From contig NW_003314270.1 in NCBI RefSeq assembly GCF_000143415.4, positions 2,225,048 through 2,289,047 of the forward strand: a DNA stretch of 64,000 nt. Direction: 5' to 3'. The notes beneath the pieces are model-generated. The model did not search any database. It was not told the DNA's origin and saw nothing but the letters and a program-made list of their open reading frames with translations. This DNA is from Selaginella moellendorffii. Taxonomy: Eukaryota > Plantae > Lycopodiophyta. The position numbers and the translations under genes were made by a program. Below, piece after piece: positions 12,084 through 23,848 of this stretch (position 1 is the first letter of the stretch; each line of letters opens with the position of its first letter).

Positions 12084-13541
12084 ATGGCTGTTAATGGCGT
12101 GAGCCAGAGGGATATCCTCGCAGCACAGGATGAGGTGGACAGGCTCAGGAGCGCTCTGCAAGCAACTCGGCGGAGGCTGCAGGATACTACCCGTAAGTCT
12201 GTGATAATTGCTTGCCTCCTCTCTCAAAGTTCTGTTTTTTTTCTTCTTCTCGGTTTTGTTTTGTGAAGTTGCTGAGTATGCGAGGGCTCATGGCCGCGGA
12301 GACATTGGATTCGCAGCTGACAGGTTCAAATCGCGGAGGATGCTCTCGGGGCACACCGGCAAGGTTAGTGGCTCTTGCAAAGTTGCGATTTTTTTTTATG
12401 CTCTAGAGCTTTGGCTTCTTCAGGTGTATGCTCTGGACTGGTCGGAGAGGGACACTATCGTAAGTGCGTCGCAGGACGGGCGCTTGATAGTCTGGAACGC
12501 GATGACAAGCCAGAAGACGCACGCGATCAAGCTCCTGTGCCCTTGGGTGATGGCCTGCGCGTTCTCGCCGGATGGCGAGACCGTCGCGTGTGGAGGTCTG
12601 GACAACTTGGTTTCCATCTTTCGGTTGCGCTCCTTTGACAGCACTGGGAACCATGCCCCGTCGGCGGTGCTCACCGGTCACAAAGGCTACATCTCCTGCT
12701 GCCGCTACGTGCCGCGGAAAGCTCAAATCCTCACGAGCTCCGGTGATCACACTTGCATCTTGTGGGACGTGGAGGCACAGAGGCACATATCGCAGTTTGG
12801 TTCCGAGTCGTCCTCGGGTCACACGTCTGATGTCATGAGGTGAGCACTGCGTTCGACCCGCTTGCGAGTTCCGTAAGTTTGTTCTCCTTTTGCAGCTTGT
12901 CAATAAACAGCCAGGATCCTAACCAGTTTGTCACGGGCTCGTGTGACACAACCGCAAAGCTTTGGGACTCGCGAGCTCCAAGCCGGGCGGCGCAGTGCAC
13001 TTTCTTCAGCCACGCAGGAGATATCAACGCGGTGCAGTTCTTGCCGGACGGATGCCGCTTTGGGACGGGCTCCGAGGACGGGAAATGCAAGCTCTTCGAC
13101 ACGCGGTATGGCTATCAGCTCCAAGAGTACGTTACCTCCGGCACTCAAATCGTCACCTCCATAGCCTTCTCGCACTCCGGCCGCATACTCTTCGCTGGCT
13201 ATGGCAATCCAACCGGAGTCCAAAACGTTGCTCCAACGAGATGCTTGCTCTGGGACGTTCTTACAGCAACAGTAAGCTCGCTTGCTCCTTTCCTTTCTCG
13301 AGTGTTGCTTGACTGTTGTTTTTTTTGTTTGGTTTCTCTTTCAGGAGCTCCACGACATCGGAGAATCTCACTCTAGACAAGTGAGCTGCCTCGGTGTTGC
13401 TGCTGATGGAACCGCGCTGTGCACAGGGAGCTGGGACCATACTTTAAAGGTGGAATTTAAAGCTCTTTTTTTTTTCCATCGAAACTAGCTTACTCGATTT
13501 TGTTTCTCTCGCAGGTTTGGGCCTACTCAAGAACAGATTGA
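12084..13541 (+). CDS. AGB1: Heterotrimeric G-protein beta subunit (divergent AGB1-like), multi-exon
   Basis: N-terminal coiled coil, [70 protein letters not shown]. Confidence 0.88.
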
Positions 13542-13817
13542 CAAAAAAATAGCATAGCCGCAAAAAAATTAAACAACGGAAAGAATGAAAACACAGAATT
13601 TTAAGGTGTGTGTACATACCAGGAGAGGAAACTTATCTTTTTCTCTTGTGCTCGAGTTTTGTTGCTTTTCGCGGTATCACGAAATAAGATGGTAAGGTAG
13701 TATATTCTGGCAGACAAATAAGATATTCTGCCGAATTTTTGTTAGGGATATTCTGGTTGCTTTAGATGACAGTTGCAATTTTTGCTTCGTTCTGCCCTAA
13801 CTTCTAAGCTCGCAGCT

Positions 13818-15639
13818 ATGGAGGGCTTCATCGAGTACATGGATGAGGACGACACGCCCAGCAGGGGCATACTCCACTACAGGCCGATCGTGTCCTATGA
13901 TCCGTCGCAGCGATCCAAGATACGTGGGATTCGCAACAAGCAAATCCAAGACCAGGTATGCTCCCCGGAGGCAAAATCGCCAGAGTCCCCGCCATCGCCG
14001 GCCTACGAGACAGCCAGCGACACCGATCGGATCGATTCTCCCCCTCCCCCGCTCGCGATCGAGGATCGGCCGGCGACCGGGTCCTCGATCCGGAGCAAAA
14101 GTCCATCGTCGGGCAAGGATCCGTCCGAGTCGGGCGAGGAATCGTCCGAATCGCGCAGCAGGCTGAGAGCTCTCCTCTCGGCCAGGCAAAAGGCGGCTTT
14201 CAAGAAGCACATAGAGAGGTGTGGATCACCGCCGGGAAGGAAAGGAGCTGGGAGGCAATGCTGCAGGATCGTGAGGGACGACGCAGGGACGTACCTCTCG
14301 GGCAGGGTGGTCGAGGAGAGTGGCGACGCCGAGAGGATCATCTCGGACTCCGAGCACGCTCATCGATCGGACAGGTCCGCGAGGATGAGAGTGGATCTCT
14401 ACCGAGGGGACTCGCCGGTGTTTGATTACGAAGGTGGTGGAGGGGGAAGCCACGAGTTTGCCGAGGAGCCGAGGTCAGTGTCCTCGAGGATGGAAACCTT
14501 TCCGACGAGGAGGTCGCGAGGGAGATCCCATCCATCCTCCGAGAGGACGAGACCCGGCCATGCTGAGCTCGAGACGAGTCGCCCGTCTTACTCGAGGGTG
14601 GTGTTTCCACTCTCCGCCAAGAGCGTTGCGGAGCTCTTCCCGTCTGGAAGCCATCCTCCGGAGCCGGGCCCAAGCGATCCAGTCCGGTGTCCCCCGACCG
14701 CCAGTCGAGCTACGATCGGGAAGAAGAGCGGCTCGCGGAGGAAATCGTCCGTGAGCATTCCGGGCTTCGTTCCAAAGTCCGGTGCTCCCGAGAACGCTTG
14801 GAAGTCGGGGATTTGCGGCTGCTGGCGCGATCCGGAAAGCTGTAAGTCAGTTCTTTCTCCTTTTTGCAGAGAAGCTTGAGAGTGCTTTAGCCGTAGCGTG
14901 TAGCTCTTTAGAGACTGGTAGTCTAAGTGTTTGTTTTCTATTGACGCGTATGCGTTTTCCTTGGCCTTACAGATTGGAGTGGGGTCATGGAGCAGGTTGT
15001 GTAACTGGAATCGCTCCTTGCATAACCTTTGGACGCTTGGCCGAGACCGTGGACAACGATCTAAGATGTAAGCTCTTGAGTGTTTTTCCTTGCTTCTCGC
15101 TTTCTTACGCGAGTTTCGTTTTTTCAGCGTGCCTGTTTAACGGGCTCTTGTATTGCTTGCTCTGCGCTGCCGGGCTGTGTTGCTGCCTCTCGGCGCACTA
15201 CAGAACCAAGCTCCGGGAGAAGTACAAGCTGCCTGGATCGCGGAGCCAGGATTTTATCTCCCACTGCTTCTGCGAGTGCTGCTCGCTCGCGCAAGAGTTC
15301 CAGCAGCAGAAGGCCGAGAGCGTCAAGTCCACCGAGGTGGATCAAAGTCGGAGTAAGCAAAAACTCTTTTGCTGTTCCAATGGATGATTGTTTTGGTGGT
15401 TTTTTTCGCCAGGAACTCCAGAGCTCTTGACAATCGGAGGAAGTCCAGAGCTGTTGTTAACAGCAGGAAGTCCGACGGTAGTAACGAACACTGTGATACT
15501 ACAATCTCCACCATTTGTGAAGAAGAAGGGCGACATAGCCGAGAGCTCAGCGGCAGCGGCGGCGTCGAATCCTCCCTTAAAGCTGAGAAATGCTACTCCA
15601 GGTCCGGTGATCATGGAGAGACCACCATGGAGAAAATAA
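13818..15639 (+). CDS. PLAC8/CNR/PCR-family protein with long disordered N-terminal extension, 4 exons
   Basis: WKSGICGCWRDPESC, CVTGIAPCITFGRLAE, YRTKLREKYKLPGS, DFISHCFCECCSLAQE. Confidence 0.85.
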
Positions 15640-15853
15640 TGTTTGGGCCATGAACCATGAGTACGAATATGCCATGGTCCAGTTTTTGGTACGGTAATAA
15701 CGAAGGTTCTCGATGTTAATCTCTCTGGTGTGTTGTCGAAACCTAGTTCTTCGATCAGTGCGCTTGGCGATCTAGGCGAAAAAGGTACGTCTAGCTAGGC
15801 CTCTCAGCGATGGGGCAAAAATCCCTCTCTCTTGTCCCAGGTTTTGCAAGAGA

Positions 15854-17147
15854 ATGATGGCGGCAGCAGCAGCTGCTACTGTTGTAGCGCCCCCAAATGT
15901 GGTGCTGCGATCGTGTTCCTTGAGCTCGCGGGGAGCTGGCACCGCGGCGGCGTCTTACCCTCGCCTTCGTTTCAATCCTCTGGCTGTGACGCCGTCGCCG
16001 CAATTTCTCTCCAGGAGAAATATCATCGCCCGGCAGCAGCAATTCATATTTTCTTCTTCTTCCGTGGAGGATGCGGTGAGTGTTCTTTGAGAACAATTGT
16101 TACCATCTTCCAAGATTTTTCTTCTCCTTCTTCCCAGGCATCAGTGAACACTAAAGTCGACGATTCGTCCCAAGAGAAAATTTCCAGCGACGATCTCGAT
16201 ACATCGGTCAAGAACGTAGAAGTTGCAGCTAGAGACCTGGACGAGCAAGCCGAGAAGTCCAAGGCTGTGCTGGAGGAAGTGGTACAGAACCTCAAAGATG
16301 TTGGCAAGCTCCAGGACACTTCTAAGCAGGTGTATGCAGAGTCGGCAGAGAAAGCCATGGGTGTGCTCCGGGACACGACCGAGCAGCTCAGGGAGCAAGC
16401 CGAGAAGGCCAGGGCCGTGCTCCTAGCCACCGCCCAAGAGACCGCCGGCAAAGGCAAGGAAAATCTCACCATGCTCGCCGAGAGCTCTTCCGACCCGGTG
16501 CTCAAGGACATTGCCGAGACGGCTCTGAACGCTCATTTCGTAGAGACGAGCAAGAAGGCTGCCAAGATCCACGACTTTTGCCTGGGAATTCCTTACGGTA
16601 CGCTTGCATTGTATTCGGACAAATCTTTTTTGTTTCTAATTCTTTGGTTTTCTTTGGGTTTTCAGGGAGCATTCTCCTGGGAGGAGGCATTCTATGGTTT
16701 TTGTTGACTGGAAGTACTGCAGCGCTGCGTTTTGGAGTGTTTCTGGGAGCTGTAGTTTTGGCTCTGAGCATTACGAGCCTTAAAGTCTGGAAGCGCGGAG
16801 GATCGTCGGCATCATACATTTTCGGACAGGGAGGTATGCTTACTCTTTTGCAAACTCAAAGCTTCATCTCCATGTGTTGGTCGCTTTTGTTGCAGCTATC
16901 GCGTCGCTTTTAGTGATTAGAGAGTTGAGGAGATTCTCGGAGGTCCGGTTGTTCTTCCCCCACGCGGTCATGGCGTTGCTCAGGTAGAGTTATTCATTTA
17001 TTACTTTTAGTGGGCCTCCCATATGATTTTGTTTTGTTGGATCCTTGCAGTGCTGCAATGTTGGCATTTTACACTTACGTCTACGTCTCCGGAGGCAATC
17101 CTCCTCCAAAGAAGCTCAAACTGGAGCCATCCGGTAAGGCCGCATGA
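15854..17147 (+). CDS. FAX3: Plastid fatty-acid export protein (Tmemb_14 family, FAX3-like with amphipathic helical N-terminal region)
   Basis: Transit-peptide-like N-terminus, helical repeat EQLREQAEKARAVL, AKIHDFCLGIPYG, four TM segments, C-terminal GGNPPPKK. Confidence 0.8.
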
Positions 17148-17389
17148 GCTCAAAAACTCAAGAGGCCAGTTTTGTAGAGTGCAGCGCAGTTTTAGAAGAT
17201 ATAGCGATGGTAGATCTAGAGAAGAAAAATAAAATGGTTTGTTTAAAGATGTCTAAGTATGGTTTAAAATTTACAGATCTATTAAAGTTTTTTATAATTC
17301 TTTTTCTGGAGTATTGTTTATCTATTAATTTATTTTCTTAACTAAAACACTTGTTTAAACTGCGAAAGCTTAAAATCGTCAGTAGTAAA

Positions 17390-17520
17390 AAAATTGAACA
17401 CCCTAAACCATCCAGGGGTATGCAATTTGAACTTAGACTTTGGACTTTGTCAACTTCCCGTTTTATTCATTGCTAGCATCTTATACCAGTCCAGCTCGTC
17501 TTTTTAGCTAACCTGAATCT
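17390..17520 (+). repeat. Dispersed non-coding repeat, second copy at ~45060-45225
   Basis: aaaattgaacac.ctaaaccat...gtatgcaattt.aac.tagac...ggacttt..caactt...ttttattcattgctagcat shared by both sites. Confidence 0.7.
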
Positions 17521-18589
17521 GCCTCAACGGTCCTCCATGTAGCCATGCCTCGACACACTGACAACGTTGATGAGACGATTTAGGAAGAACTGGGGCTCTG
17601 TGAAGATTTCGAACACTTCCATATGATGGACAGTGCTTGGACACTTACTTGTGATTTAGAAGAATTCGTTCCTTGCACCTTTTCTAAAAAGAATAAGCAC
17701 TCCTTTGCCGCTTTGCTAAGTTCCTGATCTCTACTGTGCCTTATATGAAACACGGGCATCGAATCGGTCTAGCTACCCGCCAATTGGCGCGGATGAGCGA
17801 GGTGCAAGCAGTTCCAAGACCTTAAAGCCAACATTACTATTTATTCTTGGAAAATAAAAATTAACATTATTAATATTATTACTAGTGTTAACGATAATAT
17901 TCCCTCAAATAAGTAGCTTCGATAATCATACCATGTTTATGGAGTTTTTTAGCCAATTCGCAACATGTATCTGTATCAGGAACCATCAAGTTGCAAAATG
18001 CCACATAACAAAACCACCTCCGAATTTGACAACATGTATGTTTTTAGCATCTCCTTTAGGACTATGCCTAGCAACTGTTTGTGGTTGTCAACTTAAGAAG
18101 TTCTTTAGCATTCTCCCGCTTACCCCCAGACACCATCATAAAGACATTGTGCTAGTTGTTTATCATCCAGTTTGAGTAGGCCTCTCTTTATTACATCTGC
18201 GTAGGTAGACAGGTGGTTCTGCAGCCACGTCTGGATGTTCCTTAACCATTTCATGAAAGAGCCTCTCATTGGGTGACAGACGAAGAACATTCTCAAACAC
18301 ACAAATCTCGCATTTGTAGCCCAAACCCTTCATCATGTCCACGGCTTCCCAAAGCTTGCCCTCAAGAGGAGGAGCCCTTTCAAAAGGATACGAAAGTACT
18401 CTGGTGAAAGCCTCTTGATCACACGCCTGGTCAAGCGAGTCCAGAGCAAACCCAGCCTTCGGATCAAAAACCCTTCGTATCACGGTGTTTCTGCGCTTTT
18501 TTCCAATTAGCTTGTGGAAAACTGATACCTCTAAGTTTAAAATGATAAATTATAAATATGTTTATAATTATTGAGAAATTGGATGAATA

Positions 18590-19950
18590 GATAATATTAA
18601 ACTAAAAACAGCATTAAGCAAACCACGTCCAAACCGAGTGCAAGGTCATATCAAACACTATGTTAAACTGAGCAGCTAGAGCAGCCAAGTAAGAGAGTCA
18701 AGACCGTTATACAATAGGGAAGCCATATCTTGTAATAATTGTTTCATACAGCACCAAGGGCTGTAAGACATGATCGGGCATTGGAGGATTGGCTCAAACG
18801 TCTTGAGCAGCATTCCTTGAGCCTAGGAACGTCCTTCTCCCTCACCGTGAGCGAGAAGGCGCCCCAGTTGAGAGCATGCAGTCGTAGTAACGTCTACTGC
18901 AATCCCAACATTGTAGAATTGAATCAATGGCCAGTGTCACTTGCTCCCAGACTGCATCTTAGATCTTTTAGTGGTGAATCCTCCCATTACTCTAGAGTCT
19001 TGGTGCGAATGCTTGTGGTGTGAGCTGCATCCTCGTGCATTGTCCCTCCCTCTGGCGAAGCCCCGACATTCTAGCATGGGATCACGGTTGGTGCTGATAA
19101 TTAATTCCTGCGCAGCAGGTGTAGAATTTGCTTCTTGAAATGAGATGGTTGTTGGGATAAGGTTTTGCTATTAATAGTACACGCCTCAATGCACTTTATT
19201 CGTTGCCCCTTAGGATTGGAATCATTTAATTTTCAGGCTTTTAAATGTTGAAGAAATCACGAGAAAAGGGGGATGTTTCTCCAAAGAGTTGACTGACAGA
19301 GTAATTCAATACTTGAAGTAACCATTGCTCTAGCTACCTCTCCGCTGGGACAAGTAGAGAAAGTTTTCAAAATGAAAAGAGCAGTGTATCAAGGCAATGG
19401 TATCAAACTGATTGTGATCAACCCAGCAGTCGTGATGGGTCCAGCTCTTCAGCCATGTTAGATCTATAAACATAAGGGGCCTGGGACCCCCCACTGCTCT
19501 TATTATCACTTTCGTTATATATTATATATATCTTTTGGCGCTTAGTTGGAGGCATAAGAACTAGCTGTAAAAGAACTTCACTTGTTGAACTACCACCCTC
19601 ACATGGAATAGCTGGTCTACACAATGGAAGGATTGGTAGATTGAGTGCGGAAATGGAGGTGTTGGTTCCCCTTGGCTCAGTAGGGGTTGCTAGTCAATAG
19701 TCAATGAGGACATTGACATCTCTGAAGGGAGGGTGAGTGTAGCACATGTGATCATGGGATGAGATTTGAATATACTGTCACCGTAGATCCTTGGAACCTT
19801 GGGGGATAAATGGGGATAAAATAGCCACTAAGGGCTCTCTCATCAAGCAATTGCCCCTTTTCCAGTTGGCTTAAGGGGAGAGAGATAAGGTGCGCTACAA
19901 TACTTGTACTCATTTCGCCTTGAGTAGTCTTCTCAAGCACATCTTAGGCT
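18590..19950 (-). mobile_element. Possible degenerate retrotransposon remnant
   Basis: Minus strand ~18715-18750 translates YETIITRYGFPI, resembling the gypsy integrase I.R(Y/F)G.P motif; the surrounding sequence has only short broken ORFs. Confidence 0.3.
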
Positions 19951-20038
19951 CGTGCTTTCAAGGCCTCAATCTCTCTGACTGGCTAGTGCTCTGTGAATAC
20001 TTGCTGGTGTATAAATTCTCTACCCGTCTCAGCCAATA

Positions 20039-21792
20039 ATGGATGTCATCTCAGTTCTTCTTGTCGCACTCGTGCTTGCATTGTCTGTTCTATGGATGGT
20101 GTGCAGCTTCCTCATGCGCTACTATTGGGTGCCCAGTGCTCTCCGTGCAGTGATGGAGAAGCAAGGCATACGAGGCTCACCCAATCCTCCAAATCCCATC
20201 TTTGACGTTTTTGATGGGAAGCCTGACATGAAGGAGATCAGCCACGACATTCTGCCTCATGTTCTTCCCTGGGCCGCACAGAACATGAAATTCTATGGTG
20301 GGCATCAATTTAATTTCACAACATTATTAGTGTACTTTCAAATTCACTTTGATTTTCAGGGAACGTACACTTGAACTGGTGGCTGCGGGAGCCCCGGATT
20401 GTGATCTCAGAGCCCAAAATGATATGGGATCTGTTTATGAAGAAGCACAAGGATTTCGTCAAGTCCCACTTCATCAAACTCTTGTCTGATGATATCTTTC
20501 ATAAAGGCCTCTTCCTTGCAAATGGAGAAGCTTGGGCCAGGCAGAGACAGATTGTAGCACCCAGATACTACATTGACGAAGTTAAGGTGATATTGCATTA
20601 AGTAGTCAAAGTCTAAAGTTGACTAAACTCTATTGTACAGGCAATGGTTAGAGCTGTGAACAATGCAACAAGCCAAGTCATGGCAAAATGGGAAGCATTT
20701 GTGAAGGACAGTGGAGACGTGGAGAGGGAGCTGGATGTTCAAGTTGAGTTCATGTGCTTGAATGTGGATGTTGTAGCGAGGACAACATTGGGGTTGGAAG
20801 ACAATGACTTTCAAAACATTCTCAAGTATAACATCACATTGCTCAAGCTGCAAAATGATCAAGAAACCTGGAGCTGGTTACCATTTGCCAGGTACAGGTG
20901 GCTTAAGGAAATTGTACTTACTTACAGAAGATATTTTGGTGCAGGCTGATCCCTTTCGGTATAAACGTTGAGCGGTGGAAAGTACGGAAACAGCTGAATG
21001 ACCTTGTTCGCAAGCAAGTGAGAGAGCGAAGAAAGAAGATGACAGAAGGCAATAACATTGATTTTATTGGGAAACTCTTGGATAATCCAGATGTTAGGGA
21101 AGACGTGATTGTTGCCGAGTTGAAAACACTCTATGCTACAGGGTTTATCAGCTTGGCCCCACTTCTCTCATTCACAATGTTGATGCTGGCTCTCTATCCC
21201 AGTTGGCAAGAAAAGGCAAGACAAGAAGTTGACCAAGTTCTGGATGGAGAAGTTGTTAGTCCTAAAGATGTCACCAAGCTAATCACGGTAACCAGTTAAT
21301 CAGATTTTTCATTTGATCCACATAACTAAGCTTGCTGTATGGTTCTTGTTTGTGCAGATTGAGATGATTCTGCAAGAGACATTGAGGCTGTATCCCACAA
21401 TGCCGCTCATCCCAAGGGTGTGCATTAAAGACTCTATGCTGGGGGACGTGTTCATTCCCAAAGGACTGGGGGTGAGCGTTAATGTTGTTGCGCTTCATCA
21501 TGACCGAGATCTGTGGGGAGATGATGTAAATGAATTCAACCCATCCCGCTTCAAGAATGGTACTGCAACTGCAGCCAAGCATCCCATGGCGTTCATGCCA
21601 TTTGCCTATGGAGTTCGAACCTGCATTGGAAGGGCCTTCTCTGAGGTGCAGTGCAAAGTAATCATTGCTATCATCCTTCAGAGATTCGAGGTTAAATTGT
21701 CCCCAAATTACCGGCACCACCCAGTCATTACAGGACCCCTGATCCCAAAGAATGGCATGCCTGTCATACTCAAGCCAAGGCAGAACTTCTAA
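20039..21792 (+). CDS. Cytochrome P450, CYP72 clan, 5 exons
   Basis: N-terminal TM anchor, QGIRG.P, HDILPHVLP, GLFLANGEAWARQR, WQEKARQEV, ETLRLYP (ExxR), FNPSRF, heme motif FAYGVRTCIG. Confidence 0.92.
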
Positions 21793-22957
21793 GACAACAA
21801 ATTTTAAAATAAATTTGTCTAGATATAAAAACCTTTATTCATGTCCAAAAAGCAACACTCGGCATTTGCTCTGAGAATCGTGTTACACGGACGGAGGGGC
21901 AACAACATCGATTACCCTTCCATGTACATGTTGGTCAGGAGAATGTAGCCAGCTGAATCCATAGCGGCACTCATAGCAGCCCGCAACAGAAACCAGCACG
22001 AAGGGCATGTTGTTGAACAGATCCTTGGCAAAACAAGAAACCTCCCCATATTCTTGTCACTGAAATCTGTCCAGCCTTCTCGTAAGGATCATCATCTTGT
22101 GAACATCCGGCCACCCATTGTCGATGCAGTCAACGATGTGGGATCTTCTTGTACAGCAGAATACACTGGAATTGCCTGCAGAATACACCAGAATTGCCTG
22201 CAGAAGCTCCTTGCTCTTGTCTCCTCCTTGTAATGGTGCTCCACACTTGATCGCCAAGGGATAGTGATCTCGCAAGCCGAACATGCTCGGCCAGAAATTT
22301 TGAACTTGTGAAGCTGCCATAAGCCCCAGATGCCCATTGTGCGCAAATGCTCCCAGCCTGATCGTCCAGGCGATTTCATCCCACTGCAGCATCAGATTCA
22401 GCAGATATAGCTTGAGATTCCCAGCGGATACATTTGCCACATATTCCAAGAGACTACATCACTTCGAAGAAATCTCAAAGAACAGGGATTCAGTCCCCTT
22501 CTCGGCAAATGCCTGAAACATCATGGTAAGTAAGACCAGGCTTTGGCAAGGTATCGAATTGAACACACCATCCCAGCGACAGTGTGGACCTGAAAGGCAT
22601 GCAGGCACATACATGCTTTGTGTCAGTCACCTCAGAACCCAACTCCCACCCATGTGAGTGAGCTCACCCAGATTGCAGGTATAATTGTAGCTAATTAGTT
22701 AATTGTTGGCAAATGCGTGAAAGCTTGATATTTACAAGTCACTAGTGGCTCCACCCTGGGCAAGCTCCGCTATGAAGAATAATGAAAGCTACCTATGTGG
22801 AGCAGGCTGCCAGATCAGGTGTTCCAAGCATTTTCTGGACGAAGCTTGGGGTGAAATACAACCAGCAGCACACCAAAGATTCTAGAAAAGCTAGCAGGCA
22901 TGAGCTTGATGAGCTCGAGCTTTTGAGTCTACTGGCTTGTGAGCAAATAAGACTTCG

Positions 22958-23747
22958 TCACTTACAACCTGGGCCATCCTTTGGAACCGCAACCCAAGTC
23001 TCCCCGACGCTCGAGACCCGCCTTGCCGCCATGTCCACCACCGTCCTCTTGTCCTCGCAGCACAGCACAACAGTGCCATTGACATACACAGTCCCTGTCT
23101 TGGTGCCAGCATTCTTGGCATCACACAAACACATTGTGCGTTGTTTGCCACAATTATAGCCCAGCAATTGCCTATGCATATGGCTAAACACAACAAGCGC
23201 CACCCTGGATACATCCCGCTCCCGGACCATTTCGAGAGCCTGAGCATCTGGATCGCCATGATCTCCACCACCTTTGTCAAAATCCTTGCCGCATATGTCA
23301 CTGGGCTGAGAGCCCAGGCATGCTGGCCCGTTGTGGCCGAGGAACACGAGCGAGTGGCCCTTAGGTGCAAACAGGGCCAGGTGCATGATCTTTGCAGCGC
23401 TCTGCTCCATGTTGTCCATGCTGTAGGTGAGTCTTTGCGCCTGCACCTGATGTGATCGTCTCCCAGAGCTTCGAGTATCTAATCCACTTGTGCCCACCTC
23501 TTGGTGCTCTTCGACTTGGGCATGGGCTTGTGCGTGGCGGCGTAGCAGCAGTCGTGGTTGTTTAGGATCACTGCCTTGGGGCATTTCGAGCTTGCTTATC
23601 TTTTGCACAATCTAGACGTTCTCATCACCAAAAGTCGCTCACAAACAGCACTAAATCCGGCTTGAGAAGCTCCAGGGCTTGGGCATCCAACTGCAAGTCC
23701 CATGTGTCATGGACGTCTCCCACAATCACAATCCTGATCTTCCCCAT
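22958..23747 (-). pseudogene. Intronless calcineurin-like metallophosphoesterase (TIGR04168-like) pseudogene
   Basis: MGKIRIVIVGDVHDTW...PDLVLFV.DF, frameshift, GDENV*, KAVILNNHD, then GHNGP..LGS...DICGKD...GGDHGDPD and LVVFSHMH; frameshifts and an in-frame stop. Confidence 0.75.
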
Positions 23748-23848
23748 GTCTTGAATTGTAGGGTTTTGCTTCATTCAGACCTTTTTTACTTTAGAAAAAA
23801 ACGATGATATTACCTTACAAATCATGGAGTGAGAACTAGAACACGGTA

